From positions 27,770,968 through 27,834,967 of the forward strand of contig NC_069002.1 in assembly GCF_001194135.2 (NCBI RefSeq): a stretch of 64,000 nt of DNA, given 5' to 3'. The translations under genes were made by a program, and so were the position numbers. Every line of letters begins with the position of its first letter. The stretch's first letter is position 1. A model generated the notes under the pieces. That model had not been told where the DNA came from. It made no database searches and saw nothing but the letters and a program-made list of their open reading frames with translations. Shown piece by piece: positions 61,960 through 64,000 of this stretch. Source of the stretch: Octopus bimaculoides. Its lineage: Eukaryota.

Positions 61960-63288
61960 ACTAGCAGAAATACCCGGCTTTGCCCGGGTTAAAGAGAATA
62001 ATGAAATCTAAAAATGCCATCTAGACTACGCAACCCTCAACTGTTAGTAGCTACGATACCATATTTCTACATTAATAACTCTCCAATCCATGCCAGCATG
62101 GAACATAGACATTAAGTGGAATGCCAGTCTCTCATCTAGGAGGGCCTTGAAATCAATGTTACCAACTGGGGACTATGTGTGTCGCAGTGATAATAAAAAG
62201 ACCCAAAGGAGGTCTGCAACGAAATAATTTTACTCAACACTTTGCAAGTGAATCAGTGGAGGCAAAGATGCGTCTCATTTACTTGACAATTTATGCACCA
62301 CATTGCAGAAATCCNNNNNNNNNNNNNNNNNNNNNNNNNNNNNNNNNNNNNNNNNNNNNNNNNNNNNNNNNNNNNNNNNNNNNNNNNNNNNNNNNNNNNN
62401 NNNNNNNNNNNNNNNNNNNNNNNNNNNNNNNNNNNNNNNNNNNNNNNNNNNNNNNNNNNNNNNNNNNNNNNNNNNNNNNNNNNNNNNNNNNNNNNNNNNN
62501 NNNNNNNNNNNNNNNNNNNNNNNNNNNNNNNNNNNNNNNNNNNNNNNNNNNNNNNNNNNNNNNNNNNNNNNNNNNNNNNNNNNNNNNNNNNNNNNNNNNN
62601 NNNNNNNNNNNNNNNNNNNNNNNNNNNNNNNNNNNNNNNNNNNNNNNNNNNNNNNNNNNNNNNNNNNNNNNNNNNNNNNNNNNNNNNNNNNNNNNNNNNN
62701 NNNNNNNNNNNNNNNNNNNNNNNNNNNNNNNNNNNNNNNNNNNNNNNNNNNNNNNNNNNNNNNNNNNNNNNNNNNNNNNNNNNNNNNNNNNNNNNNNNNN
62801 NNNNNNNNNNNNNNNNNNNNNNNNNNNNNNNNNNNNNNNNNNNNNNNNNNNNNNNNNNNNNNNNNNNNNNNNNNNNNNNNNNNNNNNNNNNNNNNNNNNN
62901 NNNNNNNNNNNNNNNNNNNNNNNNNNNNNNNNNNNNNNNNNNNNNNNNCTCTTTCTCTCTCTGTGAAAGTATCTGTCACTACAGTATCGAAATGTGATTG
63001 TTTCAGTTAGTAGAATAGTTTCATTTTTAAAGTGAAAGTATTTGACATGAGTGTTTTTGTTTCACTTTTGACACGTAATACTTAAATAGTGGAGGAGATA
63101 TTATGTTGCCGTGGGCTCGAACTCTGCAAGAAGTTAAAATTTTTTTTGATTAAAACACAACTGGAACCCTAAGTAAGGCATCTGTAGAATTTGAATGAAA
63201 TTGGTTGCGTAGTTCTCGAGTTTTAGGGATTCACACAGACAGACAGACAGACAGACAGACACACATTCTCATTTTTATATATATAGAT
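61960..63288 (+). mobile_element. Lep1/Helitron-like non-autonomous element; both ends visible, middle broken by a gap and other insertions
   Basis: 5' actagcagaaatacccggctttgcccgggt (hairpin); 3' (gaca)n then ttttatatatatagat. That the two ends belong to one element is inferred. Confidence 0.6.
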
Positions 63289-64000
63289 AACCAAACGTCT
63301 ACAAAAATACTGAGGTGAGCAGCTTTATGTCTAGTATAAAATATACAATAACAGTAATTAACGCGGTTTAATTAATCGTAGTATTTTGTAAATTGGATGT
63401 AGAATGTAGTTTGTCGCTTCTATGGAAGAAAGTCGTTGTTTACTTATAGATTCGGCAACTTAATCAAATGTTAGATAAAATTAGGTGCTTCCTTTTAAGT
63501 ATTCAACTTTAAAATAACGGAAAATAAAGAAATATAGACATTATCGTGATATTAAAAATCCTGCAAAAAACATGTCTGTCATTCAGAGAGTTAAACGTTG
63601 TACAAATCTGAGATATCTAGCGACCAAATAAAGATGTGTTGCGCCTCAAATACTGTCTCAAATATAAGGCATAAAGTATATTTTACTCTCTTCATTTACG
63701 CCAATAATAATAAAAATACGTTTTTTTTTCTGTTTTAAAAGGAAAACACAAAGAAATCTAAACATTGGCATACATACACAAGTGTGCCCCGCTGATTTTG
63801 TTTACTCTTTATTTGTTTCAGTCGTTTGACTGCGGCCATGCTGGAGCACCGCCTTTAGTCGAGCAAATCGACCCCAGGACTTCTTCTTTGTAAGCCCAGT
63901 ACTTATTCTATCGGTCTCTTTTTGCCGAACCGCTAGTTTACGGGGACATAAACACACCAGCATCGGTTGTCAAGTGGGGGGACAAACACAGACACACACA

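Noticed and set aside
61780-63700. Candidate MRPS31 start exons (MWSLFGR near 61790, MRRIFAST near 62270) and a plus-strand aaacATG at 63572
   Set aside because: Wrong phase, weak donor or an early stop; the true first exon is probably in a gap or outside the window.

Overview
AT-rich, gap-containing (N runs) animal genomic DNA. The repeat content (tRNA-headed SINEs, RTE LINE tails, long (AT)n/(CA)n tracts) suggests a cephalopod, probably Octopus; this is inference from recalled repeat families, not a search. Two intron-rich genes lie in tandem on the minus strand, and I rebuilt both by hand with GT-AG sites and consistent phases at every visible junction. (1) The 5' part of UBR4 (p600 N-recognin E3 ligase): ATG at 43657, 14 exons down to position 69, continuing beyond the left edge; exon 11 runs into a gap. 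(2) Most of MRPS31 (mitochondrial small-subunit protein mS31): 7 visible exons from 61505 to the stop at 45724; the start exon was not found. The introns are packed with mobile DNA: three tRNA-derived SINE families, RTE LINE fragments and many 3' tails, CR1/Jockey-like and Penelope-like remnants, a mariner transposase relic, hAT, Tc1/mariner and piggyBac-type MITEs, two rolling-circle (Helentron/Lep1-like) elements and a possible solo LTR. The standout is a ~445 bp near-perfect palindrome in an MRPS31 intron (50573-51017). Each arm carries a tRNA-like Pol III head followed by a hammerhead-ribozyme core (CTGATGA-A-stem II-GAAA), which suggests a tRNA-headed, Penelope-mobilised ribozyme element. 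No databases were searched; homology calls come from recalled sequences.
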